DNA from: Antedon mediterranea
Taxonomy: Eukaryota; Animalia; Echinodermata
NCBI RefSeq assembly: GCF_964355755.1
Contig: NC_092671.1
Location: 4,464,001-4,528,000, forward strand
Direction: 5' to 3'
DNA: 64,000 bases
Part shown: positions 21,954 through 34,982 of the stretch, piece by piece
How the letters are laid out: every line of letters starts with the position of its first letter
Position numbering within the stretch: position 1 is the stretch's first letter
Translations under genes and position numbers: made by a program
Notes under the pieces: model-generated
Seen by the model: the letters and a program-made list of their open reading frames with translations, nothing else
Told to the model about the DNA's origin: nothing
Database searches by the model: none

Positions 21954-23018
21954 TTATGATCTAACGGTACGTTCAGCTATGTTCTTTCGAATCCTGTTAA
22001 ACATTACGTCAACAAATGCCTGTCTAAATGTTTCGTTTACTACATTATATATCAAAGGATTTACAAAAGAATTAAAATATGTTCCAAAACGACAAATAGT
22101 CAAAATCCAATTTAGATCCGTTCCAATAATATCAAATAAGAATAATATAAGAAACAGATCCAATGGTATCATGAATAAAACATAAATTGTGACGGTCACA
22201 ACAACTGTCATAAGAATTTTCCGCTCCGATTTAGAGCGTTGGTCGGTTTTGCATGAATTTTTCACACTATTTCGTGACTTTCTTAAAGAATAAACCATAA
22301 GAAAACACAACATTACAATAAGTACATTTGAAAGTATAGTTATAACAAATTGAAGCATCCACAAAATTGTACTTTCTTTGTTGTAATTGAAATTAAAACG
22401 ACACGTAGTTGCGCGATTCGAGACACCTCTATACATATCAGGCCAAGGAAAAATGACGGACACTCGTTCGAAAGCAATGAATATTTGTACAAAATTCACC
22501 GAGAAGCAAAAAATCCATATAAATACGCATATTTTAACAGATCTTGAGAGAGTACCAAATCTACTTGTTTGAAACCAATAAGGTTTGCAAACTGCCATAT
22601 AACGTTCAATGGAAAGCCAAGAAATTGTAAACATTGCTACATGCCAGGCAACAGAAGAAAAGAAACTCAACAGTCCACAGTGATAGTTGTCCTCATATAC
22701 ATCAGCAATTGTACATGGTATCGTATATATCTCAATGTCCCAAAGAGGTGCCACGATTAAAGACATTGTATCCGTTATTGCCAAATTAGCTAGATACACG
22801 TAAACTGATTTGTGTAATTTACTCACTATTACGATGAATGTCATTATGTTTCCAACAATACCAAAGGCTACCATAACAGGAATGGTATTGTAACGTAAAA
22901 TCCTCTCCCAGTCACTAAGAAGGAACATATATATGCAGGAATCATAGTCAGTGGTGTTAAATGTTGAACACCCGTATTCAGATATATCATAGGACGTATT
23001 GTCACATAACAATGACAT
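21954..23018 (-). CDS. Intronless class A GPCR, 354 aa
   Basis: ATG at 23018 (MSLLCDNTSY) aligns with paralog starts; GIVGN, NLAITD, SIERYMAVCKP, FPWPDMYRGVSNR, NSFVNPLIY. Confidence 0.94.
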   Translation of the reverse strand: MSLLCDNTSYDISEYGCSTFNTTDYDSCIYMFLLSDWERILRYNTIPVMVAFGIVGNIMTFIVIVSKLHKSVYVYLANLAITDTMSLIVAPLWDIEIYTIPCTIADVYEDNYHCGLLSFFSSVAWHVAMFTISWLSIERYMAVCKPYWFQTSRFGTLSRSVKICVFIWIFCFSVNFVQIFIAFERVSVIFPWPDMYRGVSNRATTCRFNFNYNKESTILWMLQFVITILSNVLIVMLCFLMVYSLRKSRNSVKNSCKTDQRSKSERKILMTVVVTVTIYVLFMIPLDLFLILFLFDIIGTDLNWILTICRFGTYFNSFVNPLIYNVVNETFRQAFVDVMFNRIRKNIAERTVRS

Positions 23019-24406
23019 TTCCTTTGTTTTTTTGAATTCTTCCTCTGATCTTCTGTTTAGCAATTAAACTGATTGTTTCAAATTAAATAAAAGTGTCTAC
23101 AGTACATAACATGTGACGGTAATTGTAACCATAATATATGGTTATGGTTGCTTAAGCCTAAAAATAACGATGATAGTAGTGGTTTGATAAAACTCAAGTC
23201 ACCTTACAAAAACGATTTTGTAAATTCTACCGAATAAATATCCAGTTTAAGGAAGTTCAATTTATATAACCAAAAATTAGCATACTATACTCTCCTGATT
23301 GCACTCGTAATTTAATTAATATAACTACTTTAGAATACGGTAGCGAACCGAATCGCAGAAATATATGGCGCAACCCAATGACGTAGACATAACCATCTTG
23401 TGATTGGTTACGTTGTGCACTGCCTGTTTCTTCCGTAGCCTATGTTCACGAAATTTTCTTCAAACATTAAAGTGTAAAATTTAAAAAATACAAAATAAGC
23501 ATAAATGCTTATTATTATTACCTTATTTCAAGACTTTCTTCTTGGAAGGTAAACATTCTTGTCGTTGTATGTCATAACATGGAAACCTGCAACGATGGTA
23601 ATATCAAAGAACAAATAAATCCGATATCAAATCACTTTTAAAACACTGATGTAAATGCCACCGGGCCTATGCCGGGCCAGGACAGGTTCTATTTATTTCA
23701 TTAATTAGCGTCCGGCAGGATTTTATCATGTACATTTATTCACACAATTCACAATTACATTTAATATATTTAATAGTATACCAAAAGAAGCGAGTGCTTT
23801 ACAGTTTGGTAACCATTTAAATGGATTTAAATGTACAGTACATACATGCCAGACAGCATTCAACATTTTACAGTGTTTATTCTTTCATGGTGTTATGAAG
23901 TACATGTTCACTTAATGTTAATTGGATATTTAATCGTTCGTTTATTATTTATTTATTCAATTCCAAAATATTGTTCTTATAAATCTAACATATTATAGTG
24001 TAACCATATAAGTGAACGTACTATTCATAAGGTTTGAAATGACAGAAATCATAATAATTACACAAGTATCTCAAATGTAAGTACAGTAGCTTTACTTTCT
24101 TATAGTCTATACCGTGCCCGCAGATCGTTCCCGAATAAACATAGTAAATTCAGCGTAAAAAACTGGCGATTTCAAATGTACATACCACAGGACTAAAATA
24201 CATGTTTACAGGAATAAATAAATAGACACGGTGATTCGTATGTAGTGAACTAAACTTAGCACCCTGGGAATTACTTTCGAAAGAGAAAATGTCACAAAAT
24301 GACTTTTTGATTCAAATTTAAACAAACCTAAGTTGTGTTTTGTGAATGATGGGGAAGAGGATGGGTGCAAAAAGAATCAATTTTTAAATATATTCTTTTA
24401 TCCTCT

Positions 24407-26767
24407 CAGTAACGAAATATTTGTTTTATAAATAATGTACCACTAAACACAGTACAACATAATTTGTTGAAACTGTCACTGTCATAGTCGATTGAAATAG
24501 TAAAGGTCATGTAACGATACACCACTACGACGTTTATATTTTTGTTGTAATTATTAATTAATACAAACTTTGAGATGCAACTGTCAGTAACAAAATATTT
24601 GTTTTCATGTTTTATAATACCACTAAACACAATAAAACATAATTTGCTGAAACTGTCACTGTCATAGTCGATTGAAATAGTAAAGTACATGTAACGATAC
24701 ACCACTACGACGTTTATATTGTTTGTAATTATTAATTATTACAAACGTTGAGAAGCAACTGTCAGTAACGAAGTATTTATTTTCATGTTTTATAAATAAT
24801 ATACAACTAAACACAATAAAACATAATTTGTTGAAACTGTCACTGTCATAGTCGATTGAAATAGTAAAGTACATGTAACGATACACCACTACGACGTTTA
24901 TATTGTTTGTAATTATTAATTATTACAAACGTTGAGAAGCAACTGTCAGTAACGAAGTATTTATTTTCATGTTTTATAAATAATATACAACTAAACACAA
25001 TAAAACATAATTTGTTGAAACTGTCACTGTCATAGTCGATTGAAATAGTAAAGTACATGTAATGATACACCACTACGACGTTTATATTTTTGTTGTAATT
25101 ATTAATTAATACAAACTTTGAGATGCAACTGTCAGTAACAAAATATTTGTTTTCATGTTTTATAATGCCACTAAACACAATCTATATATAAATTTACGTA
25201 AGGGCAAAATTCGGTAAATCGCGCCTTACTTTTAGAATTTTTACTCGATGGTACATAAAGTTGGTTCGTACTTTCGGTACCGATTTTAACCGCCTGATGT
25301 AACCCTGTTTACTAATTAAATTAAGTTACATAATTAGTTATTGCCAATTAAAACGAATTTAGGTTCAACAATTTGCCCCAAATAGGGGTGTTTTCCGATC
25401 GTGGTATACACTGTCTAATGGATGTCCATCTTGAAAAATACACGCCACAAAAATGCGAGGAGGCTTCGCATTTTCCTATCTCCTCCTACGATAATTGTTT
25501 TTAATAGCTGAAACCCGGTTGAACAGCTCGAGTACAGTATCATAATGTTGAAGACAGGCCGATTTTCTTAAAAAGATACTATTTTGATAGATTTAATATA
25601 CGTTTATGCAAATGTATTGATTTGAAATGAATGGAACATTCCAATCTCTGTTCCACAAGTGTCTATTCCCTCAGGCGTCGTAAAGGCAAGTACTGTATAC
25701 TCATAACAGAAACTCGATCCGTTTTTTTTTTCAATCTGTGCTGCAGAGGTTGGATATAGATATTTTTTAACGGATAATGAGCTAGCGTTTTCAGTCGCCG
25801 TATATTATGTACCGTACAAATCTTTATTATTGCAGTTAAACCACCCACGTGACATCATCACCCTTCCCTCACTGGCATGAGTAGCGTTGTAAAGCCAGTA
25901 GAGGATAGGCCTACGGTGCATCACATGCCCTAACGCAGAACAACTTTGGTGGGTAGGGTTAGGAACCAACTTAAGTATGAATTGGTTCTAAGAAACAATT
26001 GAAACCCATTAGGCCTACTAATTAAGTTGAGTTTGATAATTTAATATTTATTACTCGAATTTATGGTTTGCCACGAATAGGAGTGGTTTTCACAAATTGT
26101 TTTACATTATATAAACATATTATAAACGTCGTAGTGATGTATCGTTACATGTACTGTACTATTTCAATCGACTAGGACGGTGATAGTTTCAACAAAGTAT
26201 TACATCGCAATGTTTTACTGTGTGGTAGTGGTATATTATTTGTAAAACATGAAAACAATTAATATTTCGTTACTACATGGATAAAGAATATATTTAAAAA
26301 TTGTTCCTCTTTGCACCCATCCTCTTTCCCATCCCTCAACCCTAATATTACATACAAAACAAAAATTAAGTTTGTTTAAATTTGACTTAAACAATTGGTC
26401 TCATTTTGTGACAAGTTTCTCTTTCGGAAGTAATTCCCAGGGTGCTAATTTTAGTTCAGTACATAAATCACAGTGTCTATTTATTCGTTCCTGTAAATGA
26501 CATGTATTATTGTCCTGCGGTACGTACATTTGAAATCGCTAGTTTTTTAACGCTGAAATTATTATGTATTCGAGAACCATCTGTGAGCACGACCTAGATG
26601 GTACGCGAGCGAAGCGAGCGTACCATCTAGTAAAACATAATTTGTGGAAACTGTCACTGTCATAGTCGATTGAAATAGTAAAGTACATGTAACGATACAC
26701 CACTACGACGTTTATATTGTTTGTAATTATTAATTATTACAAACGTTGAGAAGCAACTGTCAGTAAC
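24407..26767. repeat. About 180-bp tandem repeat, about 5 units, the fifth split by the inner Helitron
   Basis: CAGTAAC unit starts near 24407, 24584, 24763, 24947, 25133 and 26761; shared core AAACTGTCACTGTCATAGTCGATTGAAATAGTAAAG. Confidence 0.9.
25181..26630 (+). mobile_element. Complete non-autonomous Helitron, 1450 bp
   Basis: 5' TCTATATATA, 3' hairpin + CTAG; inserted between A and T of CTAAACACAA^TAAAACATAA with no TSD. Neighbouring repeat units show the empty site. Confidence 0.95.
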
Positions 26768-28094
26768 ACCAATTTACAGTTAGATATGTTCGCTTCAAAT
26801 GGCGATCAAAAAAAATATACCTAAAGATTATCCCCCCAAGGCCCATAATATTTACCTACTTGTTTTATACCAAATATTTATACTGGAAGACTGAGAAATT
26901 GGAATGTTCCATTTATCGTTAATCAATACGTTTGTATAAACGTTTATTAAATCTATCAACTTAGTATTTTTTTTAAGAGAATCTACTTGTCTTTAACATT
27001 ATGATGCTGTACTCTCGAGCTGTTTAACCGATTTTCAGCTATTAGAAACAATTATCGTAGAAGAAGATTGCGAAGCATTCTCGTATTATTGTGTGCGGGT
27101 ATTTTTCAGCATGGACATCCATTAGACAATGTATAGTGTATACCATAGAAAAAACCCTATTTGGGGCAAATCGTTGAACCTTAATTCGTTTCAAAAAATT
27201 AAAATTAGTTCCAAACGTATGAACCAACTTACCACCGAGTAAAAATTGTAGAAGTAACGCGACTTTTGCCCTTACGTAAATGTATATATAGATGTTTAGG
27301 CCTATACTATTTATATTAGTAGGTAGTTAAACCAAAAATGATTTCAAAGGAATTTACAAGGAGGTACAAGAAGGAGCTTGACAATCATATCATATTTCTA
27401 ATGACGAAAAAACACCAGAAAACAAATATTATTGTTGTTGTTCATCCTAAAAAGCAATCACTAAGCAATCTTTACACCGAAAACCAAGACATAAATATTG
27501 AACAGGAGAATAAGTTGCTATTCTTCAGTCAGAACTGGAAATAAAGAACAGGCCTTGGAAGCTTTTGCAAGAGACGACCATTTCCCAGACGACAGTGAAA
27601 TAAATTAGGTCCTACACCAAACATGCAAATCTCATTACTTTGTATTTATCTTGATTGTATTAAAATAAATTGTGCTGTCGCACAACGAAATGTAAATGAG
27701 AACGTCAAAATAGGTGTCAGACCAATAATTAAAATAAAACATTAAAATTAGGCCTGAAAAAAATGACAATAATGTGGAGATGCAAAATAAAATAAGAAAA
27801 AGCTAAATCAAAACAATAAAGTCAAACAGCCAGAACAAATTAAAGACATTTGAATTTTAAAGATAGAATTAATTTATTTTATTTAATTTTAATTTTATTT
27901 CATTTTTTAGAATTTTGATGTGATGTCTCACAATAGGCCTATTTCACTTTGATCAAAAATTGGTGAACCGTTTTTTGTTGTTGTTGTTTTTTAAAAGTGA
28001 AATCATTTATCTTTTCTGCATGTTTTAAGCATTCGTGTTTTTTACACTATAATACTGTATTATTTGCGTTGAATTTGTGAAATTTGGTTTTTAA

Positions 28095-28465
28095 ATTATA
28101 ATTCTTGCTTATAGAATTAAATGAAAACAAGATAGACATTCACATATTGATTTTTCTTATTGTGTTATTTTATTGTATTTACATAATACAATACAAAAGA
28201 CAATATATAATTTACAACTTCATTATGTGTGACAAAACAAACTTTCTGTCTTGCCTTAAGATATTATAATATAAATTCTTACAGAATTTAATAAAAACAA
28301 GATATACATTTAAATATTGATTTTTATTCTTATTGTACATTGTACTGTATATTACATAAAATCATGTCAATACATAAAACAATATATAATTTACAAATTC
28401 AATATTTGTGTGTGACAAAACCGACTTTCTGTAAGCCAAGAGCATGACTTTATATATTGTAATAT
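28095..28465. repeat. Two diverged tandem copies of an AT-rich unit of about 180 bp
   Basis: AAAACAAGATA.ACATT..ATATTGATTTTT and ACAATATATAATTTACAA..GTGTGACAAAAC..ACTTTCTGT each occur twice. Confidence 0.7.
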
Positions 28466-29383
28466 AAATGTTATAATGTACTTAAGTTATGTTACCATGA
28501 CGCGTTACTATATACACTCATCTATTTATGCCTATGCATACATTGTATACTGTATTGTATTATGCCGGATACCCGAACCTACAAATCTAATAGTAAATGT
28601 TAACATTATTCAATGGTGAAAAATATCATTTAATAGACTGTTGTTCCTATATTCTGTCAACACGTTCGGTTATATGTTACATATTAAATATAAATGTAAA
28701 ATTGTACATTTGTGTAAGTTCTGTGTACGTGTGAATCCGGCATTAGTTTGTTCCTAAACGAAAAGAATTCTCATTAACAACCTGTTTTCTACCACACAGT
28801 TCATTTAAATCTTTCTTCTTTTTCTTTTTTAAATAGATTACAACCGTAAATGTGTGTAACAAATAAATAAAAGTGTTCTAATTCCGGTTATCTCTTATAT
28901 AAATTGAAAATGTTTTGGATTCAAAACAATTTATATTCTTATATTTTATTCATGATGTGTATGTTTTTATATGTGCAATATGTTATGTTATGATATGATA
29001 TGTAGTGTATAGAAAGAACATTTCTGATATTTTATATTAGACAAATAAATGCTGTAATTCATTCATTCTGGGAGACAGTTTACAGCAATTGGAGACAATC
29101 AACAAGGACTACCGACGTTATGTGCATTGTTTGTTGCTGTTCCACTGATTTTACTATACTTTAGTTGATATCCTATCTGAAGTTTAGCGAACAGCCCGAT
29201 AGCCATATTCACCTTCAGGATGAATCTTCTCAGCAAGGACTTTTTATTTCTTACGCATCCAACAGCGAGGAACTCGCCAATTACAAGATGATCATTCTTA
29301 TAAAATAATAATTAAGCGTTTATGTTTTGTGTAATAATACAATATAGTACTTCTTTCAGCACAGTTGGCCTATTATACTATTT

Positions 29384-31339
29384 TCAATGGTGAAACATCA
29401 TTTTCTTAATTCTTTTGCAGAAAACGTCAACAAATGCTTGTCTGAAACTAGTATTTACTACATTATATATTACAGGAGTTACAGAAGAATTTAAGTATGT
29501 TCAAAAAGCCAAGAGACATCAGATCCAAGAATATTTAAAAAGTTTAATAATGCGAACATATAAATCGGTGTCATGCAGAGAACATAAATGGCTGAACAAG
29601 TATTAAATATGTGGAAACTTACTTACTCACTTACTTTGTTTTGGAAAAGCAACTATTATTAAGTCACTGTTTCTCCTGATATTCACGTATGTTTTCTCAA
29701 ATTTACCAGACCCATCCGATTGTTTCCTTCAAGATATTCAAAGTAAAATATTTAAATGTATATGGAACGGAAAGCCCGATAAATTCAAAAGAAAATTCAT
29801 GCTTAACAATTTTGACGAAGGAGGGTTAAAAATTCCCCATATTAAGAGTTACTGTACATCTCTCAAATCATGTTGGGTGAAAAGATATCTTGATGGAAAT
29901 CAATCCAAGTGGAAAGTGTTTTTAAAAAGTAAGATTAAAGAGGTTGGAGGAAATATTGTTTTCGAAACCAACTTTTCTAAATCTTCAAACATATTAAAAC
30001 AATTTGAAAGGTTCCATAAAGATATACTCTCTGCGTGGAGTGAATACATTTTTGTAGAACCGTATACGATAGAGGACATCTTAAATCTATCTTTATGGAA
30101 CAACTCATGTTTGATAAAAAAGAATTTAAAGTTGAAAAAAGTTGGTTGGTTAAAAATGTAAACTATGTAAAAGATATCGTGAACAAAGAAGGGAAAATAT
30201 TAGAACTAGACGAATTTAACCAAAAATATAATTTTAAACCAGACTTCTTATTATATCACCAGATTGTAAATTCAATTCCAAAGCTCTGGAAACAGAAATT
30301 AATTGAACAAGGTGTAAACACAACTAATGAAGTTGAATCTAAATTACAGACATTCATTTCTGTGAAAACGAGAAATTGTCATTATATTTATAAAAACATT
30401 ATATTAAAAAATGTTGAAGAGCCAATTGGAATTAAATCCAAATGGGAAAAGGAGTTTGACAACAAACTTGATTGGAACAACCTTTTCTCAAATTTACACG
30501 CCTGTACAAATGACACTAAGCTAAAAAATGTTCAATTTAAATTTATTCATCGTATAATTTATACAAATACAATGCTCTTTAAGATGTCAAAGGTCGATTC
30601 ACCTATGTGTAGTTTTTGCAAGGAAAAGCAGGAAACACTTCTACATATGTTCTTTGAATGTGATCTCATGGTAAAGAAAATATGGGAAAATGTAAAACAA
30701 TATATGTATCGAAATATCAACAATAACTTAATTATCACCAAAGAAAGTATATGTTTTGGTTTTGGAAAAACACACAGTGATGCAAACATTTTAATTTTAA
30801 TTACAAAGTGGTACATATTTAGTTGCAAAATCAAAAAACAATTACTTAATTATAATCATTTATTTCACATTTACCAAAAATACAAAGCAACCATATTATT
30901 AACAAAATGATTATTATAAAGTGTATTTTTGCGATACATTATTTTTTTTTTCTTAAATTTCATTACTCTCTTATTTTTGAGAGAGTATTATATCGTTTTA
31001 ATAGTTACGTTACCTTTATATATTAATGTTGTATTATGTATGTGTTAGGGTTAGGGAAAAAAAAAGAGAACATAAATGGCGACCGTCACAAAAACTGTCT
31101 AAAGTATTGTTCTCTCAGATTTAGAACGTGGGTCGGTCTCGCGTGAATTTATTGTTATGTTATTTCGGGACTTTAGAAAATAAGCGAATATAAAACCAAA
31201 ACAACCACAATTAACACCATAGTGATAACAGATTGTAGTATCCAATACATTGAACATAATTTGTTGTAACTTAGCTTAATATGACAAATGTTATCTAGAT
31301 TTGATATGCCTTTATAAATATCAGGCCAGGGAAGAATGA
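29384..31339 (-). pseudogene. Duplicate of GPCR pseudogene 315-2270
   Basis: Same sequence at offset 29069. Confidence 0.92.
29593..31064 (+). mobile_element. Duplicate of L1/Tx1 fragment 524-1995
   Basis: Same TSD and (TTAGGG)2-poly(A) end. Confidence 0.94.
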
Positions 31340-31384
31340 ACAATGACAACTTCAAAACCAGAGAAAGTATCATAATTATTATGA

Positions 31385-33017
31385 CTAGATGGTACGCTCG
31401 CTTCGCTCGCGTACCATCTAGGTCGTGCCCACAGATGGTTCTCAAATACACAGTAATTTCAGCGTAACAAAACTGGCGATTTCAAATGTACTATTATATA
31501 ATACATTATCGTTTACAGAAACGAATAAATAGACACGATGATTTATGTAGTCAACTAAAAGTAGCACCCTGGGAATTACTTCCGAAGGAGAAACTTATAA
31601 CAAATTGAGACAAATTTTTGATTTGGACTCATTCCTAAAGAAACCCAATTTGTTTTGTATGTAACATTAGGGTTGAAGGATGGGAAAGCGGATAGGTACA
31701 AAGAGGAAAACTTTTCAAATAATATATTCTTTATCCACTCAGTAACGGAATATTGTTTTCATGTTTTATAGGCCTATAAATAATATACCTCTAAATACAG
31801 TAAAACATTTGCGATTTAATACTGTATTAAAACAATCACTGTCAAAGTCGATTGAAATATTAAAGTACATGTCACGATACACCACTACGACGTTTATATT
31901 TTTGGTAATTATTAATTTTATTTATTTTATTTTATTTTATTTAATTTTCAGGCAAACATACATGACAACACAGCGGTGCAGCACCCTGAGGATTGCCATG
32001 AGTGCAAAGCACTATCGAGATGGCTCTCCATATACTGCACTAGAACATATAAGACAAACATATACACAAGATGCTCTACATAGACAAAGACTTATTATTA
32101 AGTCTTTGGGAGTGGAGTTGTAAATTGTCATGAGAAAAAAACCCTGACATATGACAGGACTTGAACCCAGGACCCTTAGATTGGTAGCCAAGCATCATAA
32201 CCACCAAGCCACAGCTCCACTATCGTTAATTAATTAATACAAACGTTGAGAAAGAACGGTCAGTATAAATTTCATTTGTATATAATAATGTGTTTATATA
32301 TCTAACAGTAGAGCCTATCCACAATCTCAGTAATAAAGTTTATTTGTATATATTTTTATATTACATCTAACAGTACGAACATTCACAGTAAGAAATGTTC
32401 GATTCAAATGAGGACCAACAATAGTTAATAGGTATTTACAGTATTGTCAAAGTATTGCAAGTTTATTCTCAAAGGGCCCATATTTACCTACCGTATGTGT
32501 TTAACCAAGGGCTCACAAATTTACCTACTTGTGTTAAACCAAACTCTGGCAGACTGAGAGATTGAGATGTTCCATTTATCGCAAATCAATACATTTGTAT
32601 AATCGAAATTAAATAATCAAAATAGTATTTTTTAAAGAAAATCGGCCGGTCTTCAACATTATGATGGTGTACTCTAGCTGTTCAACCAGTTTTCAGCTAT
32701 TAAAAACAATTATCGTAGGAGGAGATAGGAAAATGCGAAGCCTCCTCGCATTTTTGTGGCGGGTATTTTTCAAGATGGACATCCATTAGACAGTGTATAC
32801 CACGATCGGAAAACACCCCTATTTGCGGCAAATCGTTGAACCTAAATTCGTTTTAATCGTCAATAACTAATTATCTAACTTAATTTAATTAGTAAACAGG
32901 GTTACATCAGGTGGTTAAAATCAGTACCGAAAGTACGAACCAACTTTATATGCCATCGAGTAAAAATTCTAGAAGTAAGGCGCGATTTACAATTTTGCCC
33001 TTACGTAAATTTATATA
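31385..33017 (-). mobile_element. Duplicate Helitron with nested tRNA-SINE (31914-32221)
   Basis: Same sequence as 2316-3948 at offset 29069. Confidence 0.87.
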
Positions 33018-34643
33018 CTTCTTCTTTCCCTTTTCAGGGAATTTATTGGTTCAAAGTATACTGGCCTTTGGCCCTAATACAAACAAATACAAATTAACTA
33101 TAACTTAAGATAATGGTTTCTTCTTTCAAAAGCAAAGTAGACGTATTTTCCTAAATTATAAGTAAAATTTGTGTTGGAAAGTAATAAACAAAGCTTATTA
33201 ATAGAAGGAAAAACACGAATAAATCTTGGAATAAAACTTTTTCTTAAATCATTGTAAAATGTGCATTGCAAAATAAAATGATATTCATCCTCAACAATGT
33301 TCTTTTTACATAATTTACACGTTCTCTTATATCTTTCTACACCCTCCCATCTGCCCTTTTCAATTTCTAGCTCTAATATCCCTAAACGTAACTTAGTTAA
33401 TAATCTTCTTTGTTTAAAATTAATGATGTTGGTCAAGTGATAACTTAAACATATTTCTTTTTTATAAAGAGAAAAGAGCCTTAACTTATTATGTGAACTA
33501 AATTTTTGAATGCATTTTTGTTTTTCAATATCACATAAGCGCAACTTAAATTCTCTCAAAAATAAACCTTTACTATTAACATATTGTTGTAACCATATAT
33601 AACCAAAACCAGTAGAAAAGAGTAAGTGTTTGACCTGTTGTGCCCAACAATTCTCATTACGGTTAACTTTTCTAAGTTGAAACTCATAACACTTAAAAAT
33701 GAATCTGTCATGATCTAAAGTAATAATATGTAACCAAAATCTTATAACTGTAACTAAACAATCCACAGAAAGTGGTAATCTACCTAACTCAGAAGTAACA
33801 GCGGCATTTGGTGCATTTTTTCCAACTTGCAATAAATATCTACAAAATTTAGTATGTGTTTTTTCTATAATGTTTGTGCTATCTGACATTCCCCAGATTT
33901 CGCTTCCATACGTTAAAATAGGAAGTATTTTCACATCAAAAATATGGTTCCATGTATTAATTGGAAGAAAAGATAAGTTACGATAAATGAATGATTTTAA
34001 GCAGAATAAACTTTGATTTGCTTTTTGTTGATTATGTTGCATTGAGTTGTTCCATGCACCATTTGAACTAAAAATAACACCAAGATAATTATACGAATTA
34101 ACAATTTTTAATTGAATATTTTTATACTTCCATTTTTCAATGTTCCTTAAATTGCGGCCATTTTTAAAAACCATAATTTTGGATTTTGTAGTGTTTACAG
34201 TAAGTTTCCAAGTATCACAATAAAGTTCAAGTTTATTTATTAATTTTTGGAGACCTTTCACCGTATCACTAACAAGCACTAAGTCATCTGCATAAAGAAG
34301 ATGATTCATATGACAATCTCCAATTTGAATGAAATCGTTTACCTGATTAAGTATACCACTCAAATCATTAATGTAAATATTAAAGAGTAAAGACGACAAC
34401 GGAGAACCTTGTTGTACTCCAATCGAACAATTAAAAGATGGACTAAGTTTGTTGCCAATTTTAACATGAGCAGATAAGTTTTGGTATAAGGAATTTATTA
34501 TGTGTAACATTCTGCCTGAAACACCGATACATTTCAACTTATGTAGTAAAAGTGTATGATTTATAGAGTCAAAGGCACGTTTAAGATCAACAAAACAAAC
34601 AAACATCCTACCCCGCTTTTTATCGAAGTATTTAGAGATGAAA
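33018..34643 (-). mobile_element. Duplicate RTE-X-like LINE (RT ORF 33098-34606)
   Basis: 502-aa translation identical to 4029-5537; same TSD. Confidence 0.88.
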
Positions 34644-34982
34644 ACGTAAATTTATATATTGACACTATATATGAATATCAGTGTTTGAATTTTGTTTGTT
34701 TTTGTGATGGAAACATTATTGTCCCCTTAGTAGGGATTGAATCAACCGTTTGACACACTTAAAAATGTCCATGTCCTCTTAAAAAAAAGGCTGGCCGTAG
34801 TTTTAAAACATATATTGCCTCTAGTTTTTTAAAAACAAAAACAAAAATAAAAATATTGACAATCACTCACAAGTTTGCTTAATTCGGCCTATCTATCTAA
34901 CTAAAGTGTAAACAAAATAATTATAACATTTTGTTTTATATTTCAAAATGTAATGGTCATAAGTTATCTATAATTATAACAT

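Larger units (their letters stand above)
24106..27292 (-). mobile_element. Outer non-autonomous Helitron with an amplified internal tandem array
   Basis: 5' end A|TCTATATATA at 27292 on the minus strand; body homologous to 2350-3948; terminal hairpin lost near 24106. Confidence 0.82.

Noticed and set aside
23019-23063. 15-aa N-terminal extension of the 21954 receptor
   Set aside because: It depends on a TTG start; the ATG at 23018 aligns with the paralogs.
24406-25178. CRISPR-like array or repeat-protein ORFs
   Set aside because: Head-to-tail units of about 180 bp with no unique spacers, inside a Helitron; the ORFs are by-products of the repeat.
28560-29068. Old CR1-like 3' end with an (ATTC)3 tail
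   Set aside because: The tail is suggestive but no convincing ORF2 motif can be read.
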